Part shown: piece by piece, positions 8,900-18,563 of the stretch | How positions within the stretch are numbered: position 1 is the first letter of the stretch | Layout: the number at the start of each line of letters is the position of its first letter | From: a virus | Direction: 5' to 3' (one strand) | DNA length: 63,889 bases | IMG/VR virus record: IMGVR_UViG_3300015245_000007 | Location: 1 to 63,889 of that record | The notes under the pieces: generated by a model | What the model was told of the DNA's origin: nothing | Databases searched by the model: none | The model's input: only the letters and a program-made list of their open reading frames with translations | Program-made: the position numbers and the translations under genes

Positions 8900-9097
8900 A
8901 TGATGAAATGGACCTGGCGCGCCGCCGACGCGATCGCCACCGCAACGCCCGGCAGCGTCGCCATTGAAACCGGCAAGGCGACAATCCTCATGACGCCCGA
9001 CGCCGCGGAGGCGGTCGGCGCGATGATGATTGCCGCCGCCTACGTCTCCCGCTCGATGCAGACCACCGTTCCAGAGGAAAAGAAATCCGATGCCTGA
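8900..9097 (+). CDS. hypothetical small protein
   Basis: ATG 2 nt after upstream stop; 65 aa; 8-nt overlap with exonuclease start. Confidence 0.45.
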   Translation: MMKWTWRAADAIATATPGSVAIETGKATILMTPDAAEAVGAMMIAAAYVSRSMQTTVPEEKKSDA

Positions 9098-10040
9098 CCC
9101 AACACGCGAGTCAATCTCCGCGACCGAAACGCCGGCGCTCTTTAACGCCTCGCCCTATCTCACGAAGCGCATGCTGTACGAGCGCATTGCGAACGGAGTC
9201 GATATCGACTCCCCGGAAAACAACCGCATGGATTGGGGCAAGCGCATGCAGGGCGTCTTGCTGCAGGCAGCGGCCGAGGATCACAAGCTCGACGTCCTGC
9301 CGAACATCGGATCGGACGGAAAGGAAGTCTATATCCGCCGCGGCCGCATCGGCTGCACGCGCGATGCCGTGATCATCGATCCGCAGCGCGGGCCTGGCGC
9401 GCTGGAAATCAAGATGTGCAACGACTATCGCGTATGGCGCGAGAGTTGGGGCTCGGGCGCCACTCCGCCGCGCCACAACGAAGTGCAGCTTCAGCAGCAA
9501 ATCATGGTCGGCGATGGCGTGACGCCATTCACCTGGGGACTGCTCGGCTGTTGGATCGCCGGCGAAATGAAATACTGGAAGCGCGAGCCGATGCCACGCC
9601 TTTGGGCGCAGATCGAAAAAGAGACGACGCAGTTTTATGAGGACGTCGCCGCCAAGAAGGCGCCCGATTGGATCGGCGACCCGGTGGAAATGCCGCTGCT
9701 CACCGAGCTGTTCCCGCCGCGCTTCGCGAAGGTGACGGACTTCACAACGCGCGATGACGCCGAGAAGCTCGCCGAAAAGTGCCTGATGCTCAACTATCAC
9801 AGCAAAGAGCGGCTCGGGCACGCGAAGGCCGAAGATAAATTGAAGGCGGAGTTGCGCGCGCTCCTGCTCGATGCCGAAGAAGGCCGCTTCATTCACGGGA
9901 TCAAGTTCACCGTCAAGCAGTCCGACCGCAAGGGCTATATGGTCCCCGCCGGCAAGACGACGCGCACCGATCTGTATGTGCCGGACGACGTGCCGCGCGG
10001 CAATATCGCTAAAGACTTCACCGCAGACCTTGGAGGCTGA
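9090..10040 (+). CDS. YqaJ/lambda-Exo-like recombination exonuclease (PD-(D/E)xK)
   Basis: ETPALFNASPY..MDWGKRMQ..ALEIKMC pattern; immediately upstream of RecT. Confidence 0.65.
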   Translation: MPDPTRESISATETPALFNASPYLTKRMLYERIANGVDIDSPENNRMDWGKRMQGVLLQAAAEDHKLDVLPNIGSDGKEVYIRRGRIGCTRDAVIIDPQRGPGALEIKMCNDYRVWRESWGSGATPPRHNEVQLQQQIMVGDGVTPFTWGLLGCWIAGEMKYWKREPMPRLWAQIEKETTQFYEDVAAKKAPDWIGDPVEMPLLTELFPPRFAKVTDFTTRDDAEKLAEKCLMLNYHSKERLGHAKAEDKLKAELRALLLDAEEGRFIHGIKFTVKQSDRKGYMVPAGKTTRTDLYVPDDVPRGNIAKDFTADLGG

Positions 10041-10044
10041 TGCC

Positions 10045-11238
10045 GTGGGATCGGAACTCGAAGTTTTGGAAAATCAACTTGCCATCATGCGTCCGCAGTT
10101 CGAGGACGTGCTCGCCGGCATGATGCCGCCCGAACGCCTCATCCGCACGGTGATGGTGTGCGCCGAGAAAACGCCACAGCTTCTGACGTGCACGCGCCAG
10201 AGCCTTTTCAACTCGAGCATGTCGGCCGCGATTCTCGGGCTCGAGTGCGATGGCGTCACCGGCCAGGCCTTCTTGCTGCCATTCAAGAATACAAAAAAAG
10301 GCTGCGTCGATGCGCAACTGCTCATCGGATACAAAGGCTACAATACGCTCGGTGCGCGCGCCGGCCTCACGATCACGGGCCAGGTCATCCGCGAGGGAGA
10401 CGAGATCGACTATCGCCAGGGCACCGGCGCGTTCGTTCATCACAAAATCAAGCTCGGCAACAAGGGCAAGATCATCGGCGCATGGGCGCAGGCCGAGTCG
10501 CGCGATCGCCCGCCGATCGTCGAGCTGCTCGGCATTGATGAAATCGAAGCGATCCGCAAGAAGTCGAAAGCCAGCGCGGCCGGGTTCTCGCCTTGGGACG
10601 ACGTCGCAATCGGATTCCCGGCGATGGCAGGCAAGAGCGCAAAGCGCCGCTTGCCGCGCTCGATGCCGCTCACCGCCGATACGAACCGCTATCACATGGC
10701 CGCGCGCATGGATGAGGCGCACGACGAGCAAGGGCGCTCGTCCTATATCAAGCCGGAGGAAACAGGCCCGCGCCTGGTTCTCGATTCTCCGTTCGCGCCG
10801 ACCGAAGATGTCAACCCGCCGGCCGACGAAGATCTGACCAGGCGACGCGACACGCTCAAAGAGAAGGGCGACGCCGTCGCGAAAGAGGGCATGGCCGCGT
10901 TGCAAGAATGGTGGCAGGGCTCGAGCATCACCGAAGCCGACCGCACGCGCTTTCGCGGCGATCAGCTCAACACCTGGAAGACGACGGCGGCGAGTCTCGA
11001 CTTTCACCGCAGGCAGGCCGCCGAGGATCAAGCCGCGCTCCAGCGTGCCAACAGACCGACCAGCGAATCCGAATACGAGGCCTATTTCAAAGCCTGGCTT
11101 GCGGACATCGCCGGGCCGACGCAAGCGCGCGCGCGCTGGTCTAGCGATGACGAGAAGGGCTTGCGCGATCGCTGCAACGTCTCGGCCGACAAGCGCGAAG
11201 AGCTGTTCGGCGTGATCTCTCAAACCTTCGGAGGCTGA
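10045..11238 (+). CDS. recT: RecT-family single-strand annealing protein
   Basis: GLECDGVTGQAFLLPF, LIGYKGYNTLGARAG, SPWDD motifs; GTG 10045 with GGAGG SD 8 nt upstream. Confidence 0.75.
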   Translation: MGSELEVLENQLAIMRPQFEDVLAGMMPPERLIRTVMVCAEKTPQLLTCTRQSLFNSSMSAAILGLECDGVTGQAFLLPFKNTKKGCVDAQLLIGYKGYNTLGARAGLTITGQVIREGDEIDYRQGTGAFVHHKIKLGNKGKIIGAWAQAESRDRPPIVELLGIDEIEAIRKKSKASAAGFSPWDDVAIGFPAMAGKSAKRRLPRSMPLTADTNRYHMAARMDEAHDEQGRSSYIKPEETGPRLVLDSPFAPTEDVNPPADEDLTRRRDTLKEKGDAVAKEGMAALQEWWQGSSITEADRTRFRGDQLNTWKTTAASLDFHRRQAAEDQAALQRANRPTSESEYEAYFKAWLADIAGPTQARARWSSDDEKGLRDRCNVSADKREELFGVISQTFGG

Positions 11239-11239
11239 C

Positions 11240-11542
11240 ATGGCGCGACGTCGCAACGATATGGGCATCAACAAACCGCGCTGGCCCAAGAGCGGCGAAT
11301 GCCGTGTCTGTCATTGCACAGACGAGTTCGGCTGCGATGCCGGATGCTCTTGGGTCGATCGAGCGCACACGCTTTGCAGCCTATGCACCGGCACAACGGC
11401 CGATCTGCACTACACGCTTTGGGCCATCGGCTACGCTTCGCGGCACTATCCGCAGGAAGCGGCCTTCAAATGGATCGTGCGCGAAGCGCGAGCGGCACGG
11501 CGGCGCCACGACGGATATATGAAAGCCATAGGCATCGCATGA
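11240..11542 (+). CDS. Cys-rich small protein (CRVCHCTDEFGCDAGCSW..LCSLC)
   Basis: ATG 11240 directly after recT stop; 9 Cys in the first 50 aa. Confidence 0.6.
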   Translation: MARRRNDMGINKPRWPKSGECRVCHCTDEFGCDAGCSWVDRAHTLCSLCTGTTADLHYTLWAIGYASRHYPQEAAFKWIVREARAARRRHDGYMKAIGIA

Positions 11543-12153
11543 CCGCGACCGCGTACCCTCTTGCTTGGCCGGCCGGGTGGCCGCGAACACCGCCAGCGGA
11601 ACGCTCGGCCGGCCAGGCCTTTTCGCAAGGCGCCGGCACTGATCGCCGCGCAATCACACTCGACATCGCGCGCAAAAAGCTATTCGACGAATTGGAAATG
11701 CTCGGCGCAACCGACGTCGTACTGTCCGCGAACATCCCCTTGCGTGCCGACGGCTTGCCGCGCTCCGGCGCGACCTGGGGACGCGAGCCAGGCATCGCGC
11801 TCTATTTCACGATGAACGGCCAGCAGCTCGCCATGGCGCGCGATGCCTACGATAATCCGGCCGCTAACGTGCGCTCGCTCGGCATCGCGATCGCCGGGAT
11901 GCGCGCGCTCGAGCGCCACGGCGGCGCGGCGATGGTGCAGCGCGCGTTCTCCGGTTTCTCGGCGCTGCCGCGCCCGAAGTCGTGTTGGGAAATTCTCGGC
12001 ATCCCGCCGCGCTCCGATGCAACGGCGATCCGCAGTGCATGGGTCAAGCTCGCCGCGCGGCATCAGGCCGACGGCGGACCTGGCGGCATGCTGGGGGTCG
12101 TGAACGCAGCGCGCGACAATGCGATACACGAAATCCAAGTTCTGGGTGACTGA
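11539..12153 (+). CDS. hypothetical protein with C-terminal J-domain-like segment lacking HPD
   Basis: ATGA coupling; CWEILGIPPRSDATAIRSAWVKLAARHQAD resembles J-domain helices I-II but reads HQAD, not HPD. Confidence 0.45.
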   Translation: MTATAYPLAWPAGWPRTPPAERSAGQAFSQGAGTDRRAITLDIARKKLFDELEMLGATDVVLSANIPLRADGLPRSGATWGREPGIALYFTMNGQQLAMARDAYDNPAANVRSLGIAIAGMRALERHGGAAMVQRAFSGFSALPRPKSCWEILGIPPRSDATAIRSAWVKLAARHQADGGPGGMLGVVNAARDNAIHEIQVLGD

Positions 12154-12416
12154 TGCGCCGCCGCCGCTTACTCCCGAAGCCGCCAGAGAAGCCGGGCTAT
12201 GTCTGGCTCGCCGGCGCTTGGGTCAAGGCGGAAGACGTGCACGCCTTCGCGCAGAAAACGATTTCTGATTTCGACACCGCGCCGGCGATGATGCGCGCGG
12301 CGCGTCGATCGACCGCCGACGAAGATATCGAACCCTCGATGGAAGCCATTCGCGAGGCCGCCGAACGCGACCGCGCAGAATACGCCGGACCCAAGCCAAA
12401 GCGACGCCGGCGATAA
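12153..12416 (+). CDS. hypothetical protein
   Basis: TGATG coupling; 87 aa, basic termini. Confidence 0.5.
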   Translation: MRRRRLLPKPPEKPGYVWLAGAWVKAEDVHAFAQKTISDFDTAPAMMRAARRSTADEDIEPSMEAIREAAERDRAEYAGPKPKRRRR

Positions 12417-12440
12417 CGACAGGAACAACGGAGTCGACGC

Positions 12441-14354
12441 ATGAACGATACCACCATCAGCTCTGATCATCTCGCGCCCATCACCACGACGCATGCAAAA
12501 CTCGCCGGCGGCAATATGGTGCTCTCAGTCCCGCTCACCGACCTGGTGCTAGGTCACGAGCTAAACCCGAGCATCAATGCGCGGATCGGAGATCCCAACG
12601 AAGGCGTGCCGGAGCTTGCAGCGCTCATCAAGGCGAACAACTGCAAGCTTATTCAAATGCCAATCGCCAAGCCGCTGCCGCGCAACCGCGGTACGATGGC
12701 AACGCAGCAATATGGCGTCTTTGCCGGCAACCGGCGCGCCGGCGCGCTGCGGCTGCTCGCCAACGAGGGCGCGATCGCGAAAGACGAAATGATCGACATC
12801 GTCGTGCGCGATGTCACCGACGCCGAAGCGCTCGAGATTTCACTCGCCGAGAATGTCCATCGCCTGCCGCCGCATCCGGTCGACCAGTTCGAGACCTTCG
12901 TGCGCCTCATCGCAGAGGGCATGAACGTTGAAGAGATCGGCACGCGCTGGTGCATGAAGGAAAAGATGGTTCGCCAGCGCCTGGCGCTCGGCAATCTCTC
13001 GCCCGTGCTCCGCAAATTGCTGCGCGACGACAAGATGAACCTTGGCCAGGCGCAGGCCTTCACGATCGAGCCGGATCACGCGGCGCAAGAGCGCATTTTT
13101 AAATTGTTGAAGGGAAAGTTCGGCGGTCACTTCGGCGAGGGCCAGATCAAATACGAGCTGACCAAGGGCGGCAATCAATCCGCCGCGCTGCTCGAGTTCG
13201 TTGGCCGCGATGGATACATCGCCGCCGGCGGCACCGTGAAGGCCGATCTCTTCGCCGAGGCGCAATATCCCGACGACATTTCGCTTTTGAACAAGCTCGC
13301 CGATGGTCGGATCGAATCCAAGCGCGCCGAGCTGCTCGAGAACGGCTGGTCGTTCGTCGCCGACGAGATGAACAACGAGCCGGGCATCAGCCCGCATTTC
13401 ATAACGCAGATCAAGGTGCGCCCGGTTTACACGCCGCAGCAGGTCGGAACGCTCTCCGAGCTCGAAAAGAAAATGAAGCCGCTCAATTACCACGACGAGC
13501 GCGCGATCAAGCTGCGTACACAGGTCGAGGACATCAAGACGGCCGGCACGCTCGCGGCCTATACCGAAAAGCACAAAAGCGAATCCGGCTGCTGGCTTTC
13601 TTTCAATCGCCATGTCGGCCGCCTGGATATTGTCTATGGCGTGAAGGATCCACGCAAAGAGCCGAAGGCGTCGAAGAGCGCGCGCGCCGGCGCGGGCAGC
13701 TCGCTCTCAAGCGCAAAGCCCAAAGACCCCAATGCGATCAGCCAGAATCTCGAGAAGCAACTCGCCGTGCAGTTCACGGCGGCGATTGCGAAGGTGGTCG
13801 AGGGCGATTCGCAACTCGCACTCTGCGCGCTCATCGCCGGTTTTATGGCCGGCGGCTTTAGCGGCGATCCAGTGCGCGTGCATCACGACGGCCGCGGCAG
13901 CTTCGCCAATCGCGACGACGGCGCCGCCAAGAAGGATTTCAAGTTTTACTTCGCGATGGCGCAGAAAAAGAAACCTGCGGAACGTCTCGCGATCCTGGCG
14001 AAGATCGCCGGCGGCGCGCTCTACCTCGATTGCGCCGACCGGCCTGAATACGACGACGGCGCCACCGAGGCGTTGATCAGGGCTTGCGACGTGAAGCACG
14101 CGCGCGAGGCGATCGCCAGTTCGATCGATTGGAAAATGTATTTCGCCGGCATCAACAAGGCGCAGGCGCTCGAGGCAATCGAGGTTGCGCTTGGCGCCGG
14201 CGAAAAGCAGCGCCTTGCCAACAAATCGAAGCTTGAGGTCGAGGCCGCCGCGATCGCCAAGGTTCCGGCGACCAAATGGCTCCCGCGGGAGTTCCGGACG
14301 GTTCACTATGACGGCCCGGTGGAAAAGGCCAAAAAAGCCGGTTCCAAGAAATAG
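12441..14354 (+). CDS. large ParB/Srx-domain protein (ICE/plasmid-type ParB-like)
   Basis: GNRRAGALRLL, ALEISLAENVHR, HTH EEIGTRWCMKEKMVRQRLAL; 637 aa; no parA partner seen. Confidence 0.7.
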   Translation: MNDTTISSDHLAPITTTHAKLAGGNMVLSVPLTDLVLGHELNPSINARIGDPNEGVPELAALIKANNCKLIQMPIAKPLPRNRGTMATQQYGVFAGNRRAGALRLLANEGAIAKDEMIDIVVRDVTDAEALEISLAENVHRLPPHPVDQFETFVRLIAEGMNVEEIGTRWCMKEKMVRQRLALGNLSPVLRKLLRDDKMNLGQAQAFTIEPDHAAQERIFKLLKGKFGGHFGEGQIKYELTKGGNQSAALLEFVGRDGYIAAGGTVKADLFAEAQYPDDISLLNKLADGRIESKRAELLENGWSFVADEMNNEPGISPHFITQIKVRPVYTPQQVGTLSELEKKMKPLNYHDERAIKLRTQVEDIKTAGTLAAYTEKHKSESGCWLSFNRHVGRLDIVYGVKDPRKEPKASKSARAGAGSSLSSAKPKDPNAISQNLEKQLAVQFTAAIAKVVEGDSQLALCALIAGFMAGGFSGDPVRVHHDGRGSFANRDDGAAKKDFKFYFAMAQKKKPAERLAILAKIAGGALYLDCADRPEYDDGATEALIRACDVKHAREAIASSIDWKMYFAGINKAQALEAIEVALGAGEKQRLANKSKLEVEAAAIAKVPATKWLPREFRTVHYDGPVEKAKKAGSKK

Positions 14355-14540
14355 CCCGCGAGGCTCACAGGCGCTCGCCCATGCGATAAACGGTCCCGGC
14401 GGCTACCACCATACGGGGGAAGCCGCCAGAATGGCTCCTACCCCTGTTTCTAGGTCAAATCGCCGCCCAAAAAGAGGACCGCGCCCGGGTCAACCGGGGC
14501 GGCCAAGTCGTAGGCTTTCATCGGGGGAAGAGCGCGGACC

Positions 14541-15020
14541 CTACCCGGCGCCGAATGGGCCGGTCAAGCCATACCAGAGCATCTGGCGATAGGGCGCCAG
14601 CGGCGAGAACCACCACAGCGACCAGAGCCCCGAGCAGACCCCGGCGATGATCCAGGCGCGCCGGCCCCACACATCGGGCGAGAGCACCTTGATCAGGCAG
14701 AGCATCCCGATCGCCTCGAGCGAGGCCCAGAGCGACGGACTGTAGGCGAACGAGGGCCACGTCATCCATGTGCAATCGGTTTTCGTGTTCTCGCAAAGTC
14801 GACCGTACCAGGTCCAGCCGCGCCAAATCCCCTCGCCGGCGACCAGCGCGCAAATCCCGAGGCCGAGACGCACGCGCATCCGCGTGCGCAAGAGCCGCAT
14901 GTCGTTGTTGAGAAACTCGACATAGAAGAAACGCAGCAAGATCAAAACCACCGGGACCGCCAGGCTGGATACGAGTGAATTGAGAAACTCGTACAGCAGA
15001 GGCGGGAGCGGGTCAGTCAT
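14541..15020 (-). CDS. multi-pass membrane protein (holin or exclusion candidate), last gene of late operon
   Basis: ATG 15020 overlaps upstream stop; about 4 hydrophobic segments, Trp-rich. Confidence 0.55.
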   Translation of the reverse strand: MTDPLPPLLYEFLNSLVSSLAVPVVLILLRFFYVEFLNNDMRLLRTRMRVRLGLGICALVAGEGIWRGWTWYGRLCENTKTDCTWMTWPSFAYSPSLWASLEAIGMLCLIKVLSPDVWGRRAWIIAGVCSGLWSLWWFSPLAPYRQMLWYGLTGPFGAG

Positions 15021-15294
15021 TGTCAACCTTGCCCGGTTCGATATTGCGGCGAAACTGCGCGTTCTTCGCGCGGTGCACCAGCGTGCGCAATGCGTCGCCG
15101 GTTTCGCCCAATCCGTCAAGCTCAGATTGTAAAGCACTGGCATGTTCGCGCAGACGGTCCACACCTTGCCCGAGCTGGTCTAGCTGCTCATCGATCGCGC
15201 CGGCGTCCGTCGATTGGGAGAAGCCCAGCATTTTTCGAACCCTCTGCATCAGCGACGGCCGCCCCTCATTTTTGTCTGGGCACATCGTCGTCAC
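15013..15294 (-). CDS. hypothetical coiled-coil protein
   Basis: 93 aa ORF, overlaps neighbours by 8 and 29 nt. Confidence 0.45.
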   Translation of the reverse strand: MTTMCPDKNEGRPSLMQRVRKMLGFSQSTDAGAIDEQLDQLGQGVDRLREHASALQSELDGLGETGDALRTLVHRAKNAQFRRNIEPGKVDND

Positions 15295-15511
15295 CTCTGA
15301 TGGTAACGCGCAGCATGTTGATTGAGTTCGTCGCCGTATTGATCGCTTCGGTCATCACCGGAATCGTCGCCAGCAACTTCGCCGTCATCTCTTTGCGCTC
15401 GGCCTTCTCCGTCAGGTACAGCCAAACCAGCGGGGGCACCGCGAGCGATCCCAAGGCCTGCAACCCGGTGAAAATCTGATTTAGATCAAAACCCGGCACG
15501 GGCACCGGCAT
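15266..15511 (-). CDS. small N-terminal-TM protein (holin / i-spanin-like candidate)
   Basis: LQALGSLAVPPLVWLYL TM followed by a charged helical tail; downstream of endolysin. Confidence 0.45.
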   Translation of the reverse strand: MPVPVPGFDLNQIFTGLQALGSLAVPPLVWLYLTEKAERKEMTAKLLATIPVMTEAINTATNSINMLRVTIRGDDDVPRQK

Positions 15512-15566
15512 GTCAGGGCACCGGCCGCTTAGAGCACATCAAAGAGCGGCCGGTGTGTGACATTGC

Positions 15567-15944
15567 TCACCCTGAGGTGCCCGACGTCGCGCGATCGATC
15601 GGCATCGCCGCAATCTTGGCGGAGGCCTCGGCGTGCGAATCGCTGGTCGAGATGACATGCAAGAGCGCCGAGGCCTTGCGCGCGATCGGCGCCAGCTCCG
15701 GCGCCACGCTCTTTGCTTGATCAATCAGCACCGCGGCATGCGCGAGCAATGCCTGCGTATCCTTCGCGTACAATAGATCGCGCACCTTGGTGAGCAGCGC
15801 CTGCAGCTCCGACGACTCGAGCATTGCGGCGCCTTGATCGAGCAGCGGCGCCAGCTTGGGCGCCGCCTTCTTCACGTCGTCGACCAGGCCGGGGACCTTG
15901 TTTCCAAGGTCGACCATCTGGGCGAATGTCAGCCCGAACGGCAT
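15567..15944 (-). CDS. hypothetical helical protein
   Basis: ATG 15944, 4 nt after upstream stop; 125 aa. Confidence 0.5.
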   Translation of the reverse strand: MPFGLTFAQMVDLGNKVPGLVDDVKKAAPKLAPLLDQGAAMLESSELQALLTKVRDLLYAKDTQALLAHAAVLIDQAKSVAPELAPIARKASALLHVISTSDSHAEASAKIAAMPIDRATSGTSG

Positions 15945-15948
15945 CGCG

Positions 15949-16224
15949 TTACTTCTTGCCGGCGTCGGGCGGCGGCAGCAGCTCGGGCGGAATGAGCTTG
16001 GCCGCATCGGTGTTCGCGACGACGACGCCGACCAGCTCGGGCGCATGCTTGTCGAGAGCGGCGGCGAGATTGTGCAGCTCGGCCGGATTGTTGATGTTGC
16101 CGGCGATCTTTTTCGCGATGCCCTGAAACACCGTCTTGCCGGCCGACTGAACGTCGGGATCCTCGACCGCCTTCACGGCAAAGCCAAGAAGCCCTTTGAA
16201 GAGGTCCGAATACCAAAAGCTCAT
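15949..16224 (-). CDS. hypothetical protein
   Basis: 91 aa ORF immediately downstream of endolysin. Confidence 0.5.
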   Translation of the reverse strand: MSFWYSDLFKGLLGFAVKAVEDPDVQSAGKTVFQGIAKKIAGNINNPAELHNLAAALDKHAPELVGVVVANTDAAKLIPPELLPPPDAGKK

Positions 16225-16286
16225 AGTGCGCTCCTGTCATGTTGTGCCGCGGGGAATAGTCGCCGCCCGCAGCGTCGGCGATTGCA

Positions 16287-17162
16287 TCAGCCAGGCTGGC
16301 CGGTCTTGGCGAGCTCGGCCAGGCGCAGCTCGAGGCGCGCCACTGTATCGTTGATCGAGCTTCGCGTACCAGGTGCGACGCTCATGCCTTCCGATTTGTG
16401 AAACTCGGCAACGGCTGCTGACGTCTTCGGCCCATATTGGCCGTCGACCGTGATCGTCGCGCCGAGGCTGTGCAACGCCGCCTGAATCCACTCGACCGTG
16501 CCGACGATCTGCGTCCGGTCCGGCGCTGCGGCCGCGGCGGCCGCGACAGGGTCGCCCTCGAGCGCCCACACCTTCGCCAGCTCGGCGGCGCCACCATCGA
16601 ACTGGTTGAGATCGAAGTGACCTTCGACGCCGGCGATCGTGCCCCGGTCGGTGAACTGCCAGAGCGTCGGCTTTGCCCAGCTCGCCGGCGAGACGGCGTG
16701 CGGGCCGTATTGCGCAAGCCAAAGAAGGTGCGAGGCAAAGAAGGGGTCGACCTTTTTACCGAGCAGCCCCTTGATCAGTGAGCCGCTGTAGTACCAGGCG
16801 GGCCGGTGCACGGCGTCCCGGATCCCGGTCAGAAATGTGCGCGCGGTCTCCAGGTTCATCGTATGCGCCTGGTTCTCTTCGTGGTCGAGCGCGAGAAGCG
16901 TCTCCGGCGACGGATCGACCACCGAGAGGAAGTGATCGCGCTGCGCGGTCGCGTCCTCATTCGTACCGAAGTGATAGCCGCCGAACATGAGGCCGGCATC
17001 GGTCGCCATGGCCTTGCGTTCGTGAAACTTCGAATCGGTATAGCCAACGCCCTGTGTCGCTTTGTGAATGACGCCGAGGATGCCGGCGGTTTTCATTCCC
17101 GCGAAGTCCGCAGCCGTGACGGTGTTGTGGTGAGAGAGATCGACGACGTTTCCAGTCGGCAT
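16287..17162 (-). CDS. endolysin: GH25 muramidase + C-terminal peptidoglycan-binding domain
   Basis: VDLSHHN..GVIHKATQG..GGYHFG (GH25); C-terminal DGQYGPKTSAAVAEF (PG_binding_1); ATG 17162 with AGGAG SD. Confidence 0.8.
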   Translation of the reverse strand: MPTGNVVDLSHHNTVTAADFAGMKTAGILGVIHKATQGVGYTDSKFHERKAMATDAGLMFGGYHFGTNEDATAQRDHFLSVVDPSPETLLALDHEENQAHTMNLETARTFLTGIRDAVHRPAWYYSGSLIKGLLGKKVDPFFASHLLWLAQYGPHAVSPASWAKPTLWQFTDRGTIAGVEGHFDLNQFDGGAAELAKVWALEGDPVAAAAAAAPDRTQIVGTVEWIQAALHSLGATITVDGQYGPKTSAAVAEFHKSEGMSVAPGTRSSINDTVARLELRLAELAKTGQPG

Positions 17163-17240
17163 GCTCAAAGCTCCTGTCGGGGATAACCGAATAAGACCGG
17201 CAACGTGACAGCGTGCGCGCGATAAATCAAGTTTCGATCA

Positions 17241-18563
17241 TCAGCCCATGAGCTCGGTGACCTTGTGCTGCGACCACAGCACGCCGCCATAGGCCCGATT
17301 CCCCGTGATGCCGTTGAGAGTCATCGTGCCGGCGATATCTTTCCCAAGCCTGACTTTGAACGTCGTCTGCGCGGTCGACATCGCCAACTGTTGATATTCT
17401 CCGGTCAGATTGAGCGGCGTCTCGCCGCCGGTCAGATCCCATTGCCAGACGGCCGAAAGCGCATCTACGATGTTGTCTTGAAACAGCGCCGCCGCAACCC
17501 TCGGAGAAGAGGCGCCGCTGGTCGGGGCACTGCAACGCAGAACGTATTCGTTTTGCAAAATGTTTACTGGCGACTTCGGCGTGATGTCCCTTGAAAAAAA
17601 CTGAGTCCCTTCGTTGTTCTGCGGAATCGTGTCGTCATAGGGCATAATGGTCGTTCCGGTCGCGACGGCCGCGGACCTGATCAATGTCGTCTGAACGATG
17701 TCGCCGGGCTTCTTCACACCAGGCCCAAAGAGTTGCACGCCATCCGGCGCAACATTATAGACGCCGGCCGTCGCGAGCCCGCTTGACCATTCGACATACC
17801 CGAGAATGCGAAACGGCTTGTTCGTGACCGCGACACCCGAATAGGCAACGCCGAGGTTGTCAGCGGCACCGGCGCCGCCTTCGGCCGTGGTGCTGGTCAC
17901 TCCATCTTCGGAGAGGGGATAGATCGCGAGCGCATTTGAACAATTCTTCGCCGCCAGCCGCAGCGTGCCCGCGTCGTCGATCAGCTCGAGCCAGACGCGG
18001 AATGGCGTCGCATTGATCGCGCCGAGTGTCGATCCGTTGGAGATGACCAGAGACAGCGGCGCCGTGATCTGGCGATAGGCAACCGCGCCACCGTAAAAGG
18101 CCGGATTGCGGAATGACGCCACGATCGGATTGAGCGGAGACGGATCATCACCCGACAATGTCTTGAGCGCGATCGTGAGCGCGTTCGCGTTCACTGACTG
18201 AGTGATCAGGACGTTCGCCAGGTCCTGGGCGGCGCTATTGGCGTACACGACGCGGCATCGCGTGCCATCATTCGCACCCAGCGGATACCAGTCGCCGAAG
18301 TTTGCGGAGAGATCACGAGCTCGCGCCCAATAGAAATACGTGGCGCCCTCGACGACAGAGGCATGGATTGCAGCGTTACGGGCCTCGACGATCTTTATGG
18401 CTTGTGCCCGATCGTTGACGGTCGCTGCCCATATCTCGACCTGGTCGAGCTGGAGCGACGTCGAGCCGCTCACATTGGGGTCGGTCGCCTGCCACGATAA
18501 CGAGACGTGACCGAACTCGTTGATCGGCTGGAGAGCCTGAACATAAATATTCGAGACGGCCAT
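17241..18563 (-). CDS. tail fibre / receptor-binding protein (FN3-like N-terminus)
   Basis: 440 aa; N-terminus resembles the gpJ C-terminal FN3 region (VSLSWQA..YFYWARARD); position in fibre cluster. Confidence 0.55.
   Translation of the reverse strand: MAVSNIYVQALQPINEFGHVSLSWQATDPNVSGSTSLQLDQVEIWAATVNDRAQAIKIVEARNAAIHASVVEGATYFYWARARDLSANFGDWYPLGANDGTRCRVVYANSAAQDLANVLITQSVNANALTIALKTLSGDDPSPLNPIVASFRNPAFYGGAVAYRQITAPLSLVISNGSTLGAINATPFRVWLELIDDAGTLRLAAKNCSNALAIYPLSEDGVTSTTAEGGAGAADNLGVAYSGVAVTNKPFRILGYVEWSSGLATAGVYNVAPDGVQLFGPGVKKPGDIVQTTLIRSAAVATGTTIMPYDDTIPQNNEGTQFFSRDITPKSPVNILQNEYVLRCSAPTSGASSPRVAAALFQDNIVDALSAVWQWDLTGGETPLNLTGEYQQLAMSTAQTTFKVRLGKDIAGTMTLNGITGNRAYGGVLWSQHKVTELMG

Noticed and set aside
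14355-14540. Convergent-operon gap searched for a strong bidirectional terminator
   Set aside because: Only weak, bulged 5-7 bp stems were found (for example CCCGG-gtcaa-CCGGG near 14484), with no U-tract. That is not enough to annotate a terminator.
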